This document shows positions 51,280 through 64,000 of a stretch of 64,000 nucleotides of DNA, piece by piece. Each line of letters begins with the position of its first letter. Positions within the stretch are counted from its first letter, which is position 1. The DNA lies in assembly GCA_964016885.1 (NCBI GenBank), contig OZ024744.1, positions 92,504,001 to 92,568,000 of the forward strand. Reading direction: 5' to 3'. The notes beneath the pieces were generated by a model. The model did not search any database. It was not told where the DNA came from and saw only the letters and a list, made by a program, of their open reading frames with translations. This DNA comes from Eledone cirrhosa (Eukaryota). Made by a program: the position numbers and the translations under genes.

Positions 51280-51406
51280 ATATGCATATGCTATAGGCGT
51301 TCTTTGTTATTTATTATATCACGGCTCTGTCCTCAGACATTGAGCTAACCTTATACTGCCTGCTGGATAAGTGGAGTGTTATACACCCCTGATCCTCTCC
51401 CTAGTA

Positions 51407-51522
<116 letters not shown>

Positions 51523-51744
51523 CGTTTCTGAATTTGTTTAGCAAGATTCTTTATCTGAAATCGTGTGTTGAAACCGATATTGTTATACTTTGGGAGGGTC
51601 ATGTTGCCAATAAGAAACACACGCACCAGTTGCTTTCACTTCAATTTATTATATATTTATAAATTTATAAATTTACAAATCTACAAACTTATAAATTTCT
51701 GGTTGGTTGGTTGGTTCCACAACCAGATAGTTGTTTATATATAT

Positions 51745-51789
51745 AGTCATAGTCCTTTCGTCACACACTCTGTGACCTCTTCAGTGACT
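51745..51789 (-). ncRNA. Minimal type I hammerhead (family A)
   Basis: Reverse complement of 52822-52866. Confidence 0.75.
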
Positions 51790-52821
51790 GGGGATTCCTT
51801 TCTTTGTTTCTGTGCCTTTCCTTTCTTCTATCCTACGCCATTTTGTTTCTCTGTGTGTGTTGTGTGCTCAGTTTGCGCATGCGCCACATCCGGGTGTCTG
51901 TGTGTGTTTGTGTTAATTTTTCTATTTGTTTATTTATTTATTTATTTATTTATTTATTGTTGGTTGGTTGTTTGTTCTATGTGTGTGTGTGTTTTCATTT
52001 TGTCCTGTGTGTGTTTTCATTTTGTGTGTGTTTTCAATTGTAAGTTGTTTGTTCTATGTGTGTGTCTGTTTTCATTTTGTCCTTAATTGTAAGTTGTGAT
52101 GTTGCTGTTCCACTCATATTTTCTATTTAATTTTGGTTTTAATTCTTTTATGCTTACTGCCTCTGTAATTTGCCTAAACATTGCGTCTTTTCTGTGCGTG
52201 GATTCTATTTTTATTTCTATGTATAGCATAAGATGTACTGAAGGACAATGTAGACACAAAAATATAGTGTACATAGGTGAGACAGCTCGTAGTATAGGGG
52301 AACGAATAAATGAAGACTGGCGAGACCTCCAAGATAATAAAGAATCATCTGTGCTCTACCAACATGCTAAGATAGAACACAGGGGTAGATTAGAGAGCAT
52401 AGAAATAAAAATAGAATCCACGCACAGAAAAGACGCAATGTTTAGGCAAATTACAGAGGCAGTAAGCATAAAAGAATTAAAACCAAAATTAAATAGAAAA
52501 TATGAGTGGAACAGCAACATCACAACTTACAATTAAGGACAAAATGAAAACACACACACACATAGAACAAACAACTTACAATTGAAAACACACACAAAAT
52601 GAAAACACACACAGGACAAAATGAAAACACACACACACATAGAACAAACAACCAACCAACAATAAATAAATAAATAAATAAACAAATAGAAAAATGAACA
52701 CAAACACACACAGACACCCGGATGTGGCGCATGCGCAAACTGAGCACACAACACACACACAGAAACAAAATGGCGTAGGATAGAAGAAAGAAAAGGCACA
52801 GAAACGAAGAAAGGAATCCCC

Positions 52822-52866
52822 AGTCACTGAAGAGGTCACAGAGTGTGTGACGAAAGGACTATGACT
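52822..52866 (+). ncRNA. Minimal type I hammerhead (family A)
   Basis: AGTCA-CTGAAGA-G-GTCACA-gagtg-TGTGAC-GAAA-GGAC-TA-TGACT. Confidence 0.78.
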
Positions 52867-53026
52867 ATATATATAAACAACTATCTGGTTGTGGAACCAA
52901 CCAACCAACCAGAAATTTATAAGTTTGTAGATTTGTAAATTTATAAATTTATAAATATATAATAAATTGAAGTGAAAGCAACTGGTGCGTGTGTTTCTTA
53001 TTGGCAACATGACCCTCCCAAAGTAT

Positions 53027-53094
<68 letters not shown>

Positions 53095-53123
53095 ATATAT
53101 ATATATATATATATATCTATATA

Positions 53124-53185
<62 letters not shown>

Positions 53186-53208
53186 CATATATATATACAT
53201 ACATATAT

Positions 53209-53457
<249 letters not shown>

Positions 53458-54179
53458 AATATATATATACATATATATATATATACAAATATATATATAC
53501 ATATATATATATATACAAATATATATATACATATATATATATATACAAATATATATATATATATATATACAAATATATATATATATATAGTACCAGTAAT
53601 GCACTGGGTAATTGCTGGCCTTGTGCCTAAAGTAGAAACAAGTATTCCATAATATATAAGTGACTATAGCGTCAAAATGGAAAAATAGTTAACGTAAGAT
53701 GTGGGAAAATAATTCAAACTCAATTCAAAAAGAATCAGGACACAGATTCATCCACAGAATTTAGTGAAATCCAAGGAAAAATCAATAGAGCCTTAACTCA
53801 GAATAAAATAAAGTTTAAAATACTCATCCTTCAATTTGGAAAAACTACAAATGCTCTGTATAGTCTTAAAAAAGACTATTTCACGAAACTTTCAGTGAGG
53901 ATGGTCACGGCTGGAGTCGATCATCGGCAGAGCTCAAAGAAACGATAACCAAAGTTCCACTGTTTATAATATGCCAAAAAGGGAATTTAAAAGCAGGCTA
54001 GTTCAACATCATGCGTAATTATGAAGAAAAACGCACATGTAGAGACAGGGCTGGTGACGTCAGAATGAGACGAATGTCTGTTTACATGAAACAACAGTCA
54101 AAAACATTCCGAAAAAACTCTACAATATAAGGAGTTCAGCAAAAGCAATATTATCGCGGTTATATATATATATATATAT

Positions 54180-54557
<378 letters not shown>

Positions 54558-54564
54558 TGTTTAA

Positions 54565-54740
54565 CCCCGACGGCAGAGCTCAAGCCGTTTCGACGGCTAT
54601 ATCTGGACTGAAATAGCCGTCGAAACGGCTTGAGCTCTGCCGTCGGCGTTAAACGTTTTCCTATTACCCACTCTACTACCCTAAGTATTGAGTGCTCTGG
54701 TGCATTATGGTCCATCTGGTTCCCTACCACAATTCCTTTG

Positions 54741-54743
<3 letters not shown>
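54565..54743 (+). mobile_element. PLE-B terminus with an ~84-bp fold-back palindrome (54565-54648)
   Basis: CCGACGGCAGAGCTCAAGCCGTTTCGACGGCTAT-spacer-ATAGCCGTCGAAACGGCTTGAGCTCTGCCGTCGG, then the family B end and (TA)n. Confidence 0.85.
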
Positions 54744-54772
<29 letters not shown>

Positions 54773-54950
54773 CAAAGGAATATATATCTTCATCATCATC
54801 ATCATTTTACGTCCGCTTTTCCCTACTTGCAAGGGTCCTATTCAGCACAGCATCTCTCCACGGTCCTTCGTCAACTCATCGGTGAGTTTCAGAAATCTGA
54901 GGTCTGCTCTCACCACCTCCGCCCATGTTTTTTGTGGTCATCCTCCATGC

Positions 54951-54994
<44 letters not shown>

Positions 54995-54999
54995 TTGGA

Positions 55000-55414
55000 C
55001 GATCGACTTTCGTCAAATCGGACCGAGGGAACAATGTTTCCGTTGGTCTTTCCAATTGCTAATACTATCTATCGGTCGCAACTCCAGGTAGAAGGAGCAA
55101 TGTGAAATAAAGTGTCTTGCTCAAGGACATAACGCATCGCCTGGTCCAGGAATCGAACTCACAACCTTACGATTGCGAATCCAATTCTCTAACCACTCAG
55201 CCACACGCCTTCTATATATATAATATATATATATATATATAGCTTGGTTGGTCACCGATATGTCCAGCTTGTTTGGCTACCAGCATATCATGAAAAATTA
55301 TACATTTCATATGTATTTTGTCTGAAGAGGACATTTTCGGATGTATGTTATACATAAACCTTGCATCTTCAAAATATATATAATGAAATAAAGTATATAT
55401 CTTTCATTTATTAC

Positions 55415-55453
<39 letters not shown>

Positions 55454-55665
55454 AAGGCACGTGGATGAGGTGTTAGAGAATTGGATTCGCAATCGTGAAG
55501 TTGTCAGTTCGATTCCTGAACTGGATGATGCATTATATCCTTGAGCAAGACTCTTTATTTAACGTTGCTCCTTCTACCTGGAGTTGTGACTGAAAGATAG
55601 TATTAGCAATTTGGAAAGACCAATGGAAACATAGTTTCCTCGGTCCGATTTGACGAAATTTGATC
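55000..55665. mobile_element. Head-to-head pair of a CORE-SINE subfamily (55000-55213 minus, 55453-55665 plus)
   Basis: The two are diverged reverse complements with a tRNA head, CCTTGAGCAAGAC core and a distinct tail. Confidence 0.82.
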
Positions 55666-55691
55666 GACTGTCAATATATATGTATATGGTG

Positions 55692-55922
55692 AGGGCGTTG
55701 GATTGGCAGTATCGGTAGAGGGTCGGACGCCATGCTTTGCAAGCAAAGAGTTACGGCCCTTTATGATCTGAGTTCAAATCCCGCCGAGGTTAACCTTGCC
55801 TTTCACCCTCACAGGGGGGGGGGGGTCGATAATATAAAGTACCAGTCACACACTGGGGTCGATTTAATCGACTTTCCCCTCCCCTCCAAATCACTGGCAT
55901 TGTGCCTATATAAGAAACCAAT
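55692..55922 (+). mobile_element. Family 1 SINE; a partial minus-strand copy lies at 56116-56231
   Basis: GGATTGGCAGTATCGGTAGAG..GAGTTCAAATCCCGCCGAGG. Confidence 0.9.
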
Positions 55923-55934
55923 ATATATGTATAT

Positions 55935-56264
55935 GATGGTGAAGGTGGTGGTGGAGGTGGGGGTAGAGGTGGTGGCGGTGGTAATGGTGATGGCGTTGAT
56001 GGTTGTGGTGGTGGTGGTGGTGATGACAATGATGATGATCATGATAATAACGATGATGGCGATGATGATGGTGATGATGATGTGATGATGATGATGATGA
56101 TAACGAAGATAGTAATAATTGTTTCTACTTTAGGCACAAGGCCAGCAATTACCCAGTTCATTACTGGTACTTTATTTTATCGACCCCGTAAGGATGAAAG
56201 GCAAAGTCAACCTCGGCGGGATTTGAACTCAAACCAACGAAGATGGTAATAATGATGATGATGG

Positions 56265-56295
<31 letters not shown>

Positions 56296-56384
56296 GGTGG
56301 TGATGGTGATGGTGATGGTGATGATGGTGGTGGTGGTGGTGATGATGATGATGATGATGGTGGTGATGATGATGATGATGCTGA

Positions 56385-56418
<34 letters not shown>

Positions 56419-56523
56419 GGTGGTGATGATGATGATGGTGATGATGATGATGATGATGGTGGTGACGATGATGATGGTGGTGGTGGTGGTGATGATGACG
56501 ACGACGACGACGACGACGATGAC

Positions 56524-56566
<43 letters not shown>

Positions 56567-56820
56567 ATCCATCACCAGATTTACAGTTTTGCGCCTGTAT
56601 TTAGAAGTGATCACTTACTGCTCGGACACTCGACGTGCTAGAAATAACAGCCAAATCTAAACTGAAATCCCATCATATTTCCATGAAGGGGTGATTTACA
56701 CTATATTGGATATGTGTAATGATTGATACACTTGAACGGATTAACATAATTGGGGATGCCTTTGATCATTTGATGATGGCTATGCTCTGCTTGATTTGGA
56801 TTGATCTGAGGCTAAACAAC

Positions 56821-56854
<34 letters not shown>

Positions 56855-57292
56855 TAGCAGCAGCAGCAACAACAACAATATCAACAACAACAACAACAAC
56901 AACAGTGACAACATCAACAACAACACCCCCACCCCCCACCACCACCTACAACAACAACAACAGCAGCAGCAGCAGTAACAACTACAACAGCACCACCACC
57001 ACCACCACCACCTACAACAACAACAGCAGCAGCAACTACAACATGACAACAACACCACCAACAACAACACCAACAACACCAACAACAACAGCAACATCAA
57101 CAACAATGACAACACCACCACCACCACCATCACCACCGCCACCACCAACATCAACAACAATGACAACACCACCACCACCACCATCACCACCGCCACCACC
57201 AACAAAAACAACAACAACGACAACAACAGCAACAACTAAGAAACAACAACAACGACAACAACAACAACAACAACAACAACAACACCAGCAAC

Positions 57293-57324
<32 letters not shown>

Positions 57325-57560
57325 GATCAACAACAACAACAACGACGACGACGACAGCAACAACGACAACGACAACAACAACAACAACGAGAACAACAAC
57401 GAGAACAACAACAACAACGACAACAACAACAACGAGAACAACAACAACAACGAGAACAACAACAACAACAACATATCAAAAGTAGACATTACTTCTTACA
57501 TCTTTATGTAAGAGGTGAAACTGAGATAAGCAGTGTTTACATCATTACACGCACACATGT

Positions 57561-57595
<35 letters not shown>

Positions 57596-58165
57596 CACAC
57601 ACACACATGTACACACACACACACACACATGTACACTCACACATATATATATACACACACACATGTACACACACACACATGTACACTCACACATGTACAC
57701 ACACACATGTACACACATATATACACACACACACATGTATACACATGTACACACACACACACATGTACACACACATATGCACACACACACACACATGTAC
57801 ACACACATATGCACACACACACACACATGTACACAAACATATGTATACACAAACATGTACACACACACATGTACACACACATGGACACACACATATATAC
57901 ACACAGATGTACACACACATACACATGTACACACACACGCACACATGTGCACACACATATATTCACACATATGTACACACACACACATATACACACACAC
58001 ATGTACACACACATATATACACACATATGTACACACACACATATACACACACACATGTACACACACATATATACACACAAATGGATACACAGACATGTAC
58101 ACACACACATATACGCACACACATGTACACACACATGTACACACACATGTATACACACATGTACA
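55935..58165. repeat. (GAT/GGT)n, (AAC/ACC)n and (CA/CATGTA)n low-complexity tracts
   Basis: Directly visible. Confidence 0.9.
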
Positions 58166-58641
58166 TATTTATTTTATTATATATATTTCCAGGGTACCAA
58201 GACACATTGGTACGCTTTCATCAGATAAAATACAAAGTTTGTTTTATAAATAAATAGAGACATACCCATGAAAATCATACCTTATCGGTTGGAAATTCAC
58301 TGGATAGAGAATATCCAACCGATAAGGTATGATCTTCATGGGTATTCATCTATTTATAAAACAAACTTTGTATTTTATCTGATGAAAGCGTACCAATGTG
58401 TCTTGGTACCCTGGAAATATATATAATTGTTTCTACTTTAGGCACAAGGCCAGCAATTACTCAGTGCATTACTGGTACTTTATTTTATCGACCCCGTAAG
58501 GATGAAAGGCAAAGTTAACCTCGGCGGGATTTGAACTCAGACTGTAAAGGGACGTAACTATGCTGGAAAGCATGGCGTCCGACTCTCTACCGATACTGGG
58601 CAATCCACCACCCTGGAAATATATATAATAAAATAAATATG
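58164..58641. repeat. ~260-bp palindrome with a family 1 SINE (58428-58609, minus) inserted in the right arm
   Basis: Arms about 58164-58297 and 58308-58427/58641. The SINE is flanked by a 20-bp TSD ACCCTGGAAATATATATAAT. Confidence 0.9.
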
Positions 58642-58674
58642 GTTTTATAAATATAGTTTCCATTTATTGAATAT

Positions 58675-58733
<59 letters not shown>

Positions 58734-58742
58734 TAGATATAT

Positions 58743-60435
58743 ATTGTTATACTTTGGGAGGGTCATGTTCTATGTGTGTGTGTGTTTTCATTTTGTCCTT
58801 AATTGTAAGTTGTGATGTTGCTGTTCCACTCATATTTTCTATTTAATTTTGGTTGTAATTCTTTTATGTTTATTGCCTCTGTAATTTGTCTAAACATTGC
58901 ATCTTTTCTGTGTGTAGATTCTATTTTTATTTCTATGTTCTCTAATTTACCCTTGTGTTCTATCTTAGCATGTTGGTAGAGCACAGATGATTCTTTATTA
59001 TCTTGAAGGTCTCGCCAGTGTTCATTTATCCGTTCCCCTATACTACGAGCTGTCTCACCTATGTACACTATATTTTTGTTTCTACATTGTCCTTCAGTAC
59101 ATCTTATGCTATACACTACATTTCTAGTTTTACAGTTAATATGGGGGCTTATTTTACAGGTTATACATTTCTTATCTATACATGAGGGTCTTTGAAACGG
59201 GTATGTCTTGCTAATAAGTGTTTTTACGGAGGTACATGATCTTTCTACTATCTTAATATTGAGTTTATGTTTATCTAGGGCCCTTCTAAATTTGTAGGCT
59301 AGTTCGCCTCTAGGGGTTGTATCGATGAACATTACACTCTGGTATTTATTGCTATCATACCATGAGTTTATTCTATTAGCCTTGTTCCTAGTTCTTTCTA
59401 TTCTATTCCAAAATTTGCTCCTATACAAGGGGCAGGTCCCATTTATGTCATTATTTACCATTTTTTCCCATTTGGTTCTGGCTCCTCTATACACTCTGAT
59501 TACGGTGGATGAAGTGTTGTATGTGTCTCTCTAGTTCTTCGGGGTTGCACATGCGGGACACATTTCTCATCACCCGTACCAAATCCGCAATCAGTATGTT
59601 GATTTTGGTATGGTCCGAAATGGCCGAGTTTCGGTGGATCAGATGTTTGGAAGTCATGGGTTTGGCATAATGGGAATGGAGGATTTGTTTTTGGTTGTTA
59701 ATGGTATCTAACCAGAGCTCTGTGTCTAGTACAGGTAATCGATGGTTGGGGTGTCTACTTGGGTAGTCTATGGTAACTCTAATGCTCTGGTGGATGGAGT
59801 TTGCTATTTGCTGGCTGCTTTCCATTGTGTTTTTCTCTAGTTCCTGACTGTTCTCTAGTGGGGGTGTCTTAACTACGGTGTTTATATCATCTACGTAGCG
59901 GGAGTACATTATCAGGGTTAAGCTGTCTTCTAATTGTTCTTTAAGTTTAAGTTTAAGTCTACTGTCCCACAAAATGAAAACACACACACACATAGAACAA
60001 ACAACCAACCAATAACATGTAAATAAATAAATAAATAAACAAATAGATAAATGAACATAAACACACACAGACACCCGGACGTGGCGCATGCGCAAACTGA
60101 GCACACAACACACACACAGAAACAAAATGGCGTAGGACAGAAGAAAGGAAAGGCACAGAAACAAAGAAAGGAATCCCCAGTCACTGAAGAGGTCACAGAG
60201 TGTGTGACGAAAGGACTATGACTATATATAAACAACTATCTGGTTGTGGAACCAACCAACCAACCAGAAATTTATAAATTTGTAAATTTGTAAATTTATA
60301 AATATATAATAAATTGAAGTGAAAGCAACTGGTGCGTGTGTTTCTTATTGGCAACATGACCCTCCAAAAATATAACAATATCGGTTTCAACACACGATTT
60401 CAGATAAAGAATCTTGCTAAACAAATTCAGAAACG

Positions 60436-60440
<5 letters not shown>
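58743..60440 (-). mobile_element. Penelope-like element family A: RT C-terminal half plus GIY-YIG (59968-58799), with an inverted 3'-terminal repeat at its 5' end (59969-60440)
   Basis: YSRYVDDI, RLPVLD, HYAKPMTS, linker CxxxxCxxC, NVVYSIRC..VYIGETARS..RINEH, RQITEA, LNRKYEW. Confidence 0.93.
60179..60223 (+). ncRNA. Minimal type I hammerhead (family A)
   Basis: Identical to 52822-52866. Confidence 0.78.
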
Positions 60441-60473
<33 letters not shown>

Positions 60474-60479
60474 ATATTG

Positions 60480-60535
<56 letters not shown>

Positions 60536-60537
<2 letters not shown>

Positions 60538-60690
60538 CAAAGGAATTGTGGTAAGGAACCAAATGGACCATAACGCACCAGAGTACTCAATACTTAGAGT
60601 AGTAGAGTGGGTAGTAGATCTCAAGCCGTATCGACGGCTATTTCCAGAAATAGCCGTCGAAACGGCTTACGCTCTGCCGTCGGGGTCGTA
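60536..60690 (-). mobile_element. PLE-B terminus with fold-back palindrome (about 60620-60670)
   Basis: Reverse complement of the family B end, then AAGCCGTATCGACGGCTATTT-ccag-AAATAGCCGTCGAAACGGCTT. Confidence 0.8.
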
Positions 60691-60693
60691 CTT

Positions 60694-60787
<94 letters not shown>

Positions 60788-60868
60788 AATATATATACAT
60801 AATAAGTATACATAAATATGCATAAACACATATACATACATACATACATACATACATACATACATACA

Positions 60869-60903
<35 letters not shown>

Positions 60904-61375
60904 GTGTGTGTGTCTCTGTGTCTCTGTGTGTCTGTGTGTGTGCATGCGTGTGTGTGTATGTGTAAACATGTTAGACAATTTTTTTGTTGTATTTTACATC
61001 ACCCCCCCCCCCCCCCTCTCCTCTTGTTATAATTTATTACAGATTTAGCATGTTAAGGAACGTCATTGAGCGTTGCTCACATTATCTATGAAAATGTCCT
61101 CAAGGCTGAATAGCAGCCATTGCAGTTTTGCTTCGTTTCACAGCCAAAGGAAAAATGACTGAAAAATTATTGATGGAATGGATTTAAAAGAGGTCGATTT
61201 ATTTTATTTTATTTTATTTTATATTATATTATTTTATATTATTTTTTTTTTGGGGGGGGGGGTCGGATGAAAGCAGGATAAGCAATGCTTACATAATAAT
61301 ACACATACATACATGCATATATATATATATATATATGTATATAAATATATATATACACATCTATGTATATGTATG

Positions 61376-61407
<32 letters not shown>

Positions 61408-61777
61408 CGTGTGTATGTGTGTATGTGAGTGTTTATGTATATATGTATGTGTATATATATATATATATATATGCATATATACACATACATATATATATAT
61501 ATATGCATATATATATATATGTGTGTATATGCATATATATATATATATATGTATGCATATATATATATGCATATATATATATATATGCATATATATATAT
61601 ATATATATATGCATATATATATATATATATATATGCATATATATATATATATGCATATATATATATATATGCATACATATATATATATGTATATTTATAT
61701 ATAGATATAGATATATATATATATATGCATACATATATATATGTATATATATATATATATATATATGCATACATATA

Positions 61778-61825
<48 letters not shown>

Positions 61826-61833
61826 TACATATA

Positions 61834-61895
<62 letters not shown>

Positions 61896-61974
61896 TACAT
61901 ATATATATGTATATTTATATATACATATATATATACATATACAGATATATATATAGATAGAGAGATAGAAAGAT

Positions 61975-64000
61975 AGATAGATAAATAGATTTCTTTATTT
62001 GCCACAAGGGCGCAGACATGCCGGGGATTTTACATACAGTCGTGTAAAAATATAAAAACAAACAATTACAACAATCGAAATCCCCAATAGGGGGGAGGCT
62101 CCACAAATGGGTTGTTTAATACCCCGTCGATAGAACTTCAGGAGCATGTTGTGCAAGTGTTCCTTTCTTCCTTTTGCTCTCTTCTTCAACCTACAGGCTT
62201 ATAAACAGAGAAGGCCCAAACACTCCGGCCATTTTCGCTTCATTCACCCACCTTTCAGTAAATTTACTGGGGTGCAGTGCCTCTCTCTCCACCCTGATTC
62301 TCCTTCTAAAGTGATACTTAAAGAAGAGAATCAATTGTTGTCCGAAGAGAAAGGCATCTGTCCTCAGTCCTCTCAATCTCGTCCACCATCTAACTTATTT
62401 CAGCATAGCCACCGTACAGAGGAAAACCGCCTCTCTTCGTTTTTGAAAGAGGCTGGCGGTTTGATCCTTACTATGGACTCGGCAGTCAACTGGATTTGTC
62501 CCATACGCGACAGCAGTTGTTCTGCATAGTTCCACAGGTCGGTTACGCCCGGGTAGTGTACAATTGCGTGCAGGACTGTTTCAATGTCCTGCGCGCATCT
62601 TACACACGTCCTCTTTGAAGGATCCCTGCCGGGGCGTCTGTGCCTGTAGATCTTGTCACGAACCGGTAAGGCTCCTCGGTAGCACTGCCAGGCCAGGGAC
62701 CTCTGGAAGTTGTCCATAGGTCCTGGGCGGAAAGTCCTATCAAACAGACTGGTGAGCTCATCGTCTTCGACGCCCAGAGTCTCTCCGAGCACGTCGTCGC
62801 CCTTGTAACGTACAATCCCTCTATAGAATGTCGAAGTGGAGTCTCCACTGATTGCTGCGCCCGCTTGCCAGAGGACTGTGAGCGCCTGAGCGCGTTCAAT
62901 GTGCCAGGCGCCCATAGTTTTCGGTCTTTTCTTGACCCAGGACTGCAGCTCCGTCAACGAGACGAGCTGTGGGAAAGCCTGTCTCACAAACGGTGCCCAC
63001 ACCGGTTGGGGGTCGGTGAGGAATACCTGGAGATGCCGCAGCCTCAGCGCATCATCAGCCCCGGCATTCCCAGCCCTCCATTGAAAGGGTACTGACAGCA
63101 GACGGATCTCCTCACCAGCGGAGCCTGCTTCTTCCACAGAAACTGGAAGAGCATGCGTTCCATCTTGGTGAGGTATTCACGGGGACAAGGCACGACAGTC
63201 AAGAGGTAGTAGATGACGGACGCTATGAAAGTGTTCGCCACCTCCGCTCGACCTTTCAAGGACAGTTTGCACTCTGCCCACTTCTGGGTGAGTGCAAACA
63301 CCTTGGCCGTGACCTCGTTCCAGTTTTTCTCCACCTGGAGGTCTGGACCGAACCAGACCCCCAACAATTTCACCGGTCCGTCCGTCCAGCGTTCAAAGAC
63401 GCTGTCGGACGTCATCGGTTTGCCTCTCCACGTACCGAGTTGCAAACCGACAGACTTGTCTGGGTGTAGTTTTGCTCCCGTCAGCGTTTCGTATTCTTTC
63501 AGTAAGTTGCCGATCACCCCGATTTCCGAGGTGCTTGACACAATTACCGTCACGTCGTCGGCATAAGCCGACGCCGCTTTGCGTAGTCCCGGTTCTAGAG
63601 AGATGCCCTGCAACAGCTCCAATTTCCGCAGTAGTGGCTCTAGAGTCAATACATACAGAATGGAGGAGAGGGGGCATCCCTGTCGAATGGAACGCGTGAT
63701 TGTGAACGGCTCCGATAGGTAGCGGTTCACCTTGACCTTTGAGCAGATGCTGGTGTCCATCGCCTCGATCCAGTCTTGAACACGGGACCAAAACCGACCG
63801 CCTTGTATCGATGGTCGACCCTATCGAATGCCTTAGACTGATCCAAATTGATCAGAGCCCCACCGAAGCCGGGTTTACTACCCACGCTCTCTATGATGTA
63901 TCGCATGAGGTGGAGGTTGTCGTGTATGGACCTGGTCGAGATTGCACACGTTTGCACTTTCCCTACCAGGTTCTCGACGACAAGCGCCAACCTCGTCGCT
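61975..64000 (-). mobile_element. Tx1/L1-clade LINE (RT, zf-RVT region, 3' end), frameshifted and running off the window edge
   Basis: LDQSKAFDRVDH, IRQGCPLS, AYADDVT, KLLGVWF, GGLGMP, CVRC..ETVLHA; (TCTA)n tail. Confidence 0.92.

Larger units (their letters stand above)
47907..51319. mobile_element. 3.4-kb near-perfect non-coding palindrome (arms 47907-49550 and 49668-51319) with terminal hammerheads; probable PLE-type derivative
   Basis: The arms are reverse complements; the mirrored ORF pairs 48226/50746 and 48939/49945 confirm this. Confidence 0.9.

Noticed and set aside
51555-51575. CTGAAA...GAAAC near the PLE-A end
   Set aside because: The core and stems do not fit a hammerhead.
56207-58257. 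Poly-His, poly-Gln and Thr/Pro ORFs resembling a transcription factor or mucin
   Set aside because: They are trinucleotide microsatellites with no globular domain or splice support.

Overview
Eukaryotic, repeat-saturated, AT-rich window in which I can support no host gene. The SINE types and the density of (TA)n/(CA)n/(CATA)n tracts suggest an octopus-like mollusc (inference). Almost all long ORFs in the track are microsatellite artefacts. The real coding remnants are decayed non-LTR retrotransposons: RTE copies with C-terminal triple C2H2 fingers, an R4/Dong-like RLE element, CR1-like copies, a Tx1/L1-clade element, and Penelope-like (PLE) RT/GIY-YIG fragments. There are also two tRNA-derived SINE families, hAT and Tc1/pogo MITEs, a non-autonomous Helitron and several minisatellites. 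The standout signal lies at 33-61 kb: at least 11 type I hammerhead ribozyme motifs from about 6 unrelated sequence families, folded by hand. They sit at PLE termini or in ORF-less elements inserted in (TA)n tracts and are repeatedly arranged as fold-back palindromes. These include a 3.4-kb non-coding palindrome capped by a hammerhead at each end, and small palindromes whose symmetry centre coincides with hammerhead stem II. All folds and alignments are by eye and boundaries are approximate.
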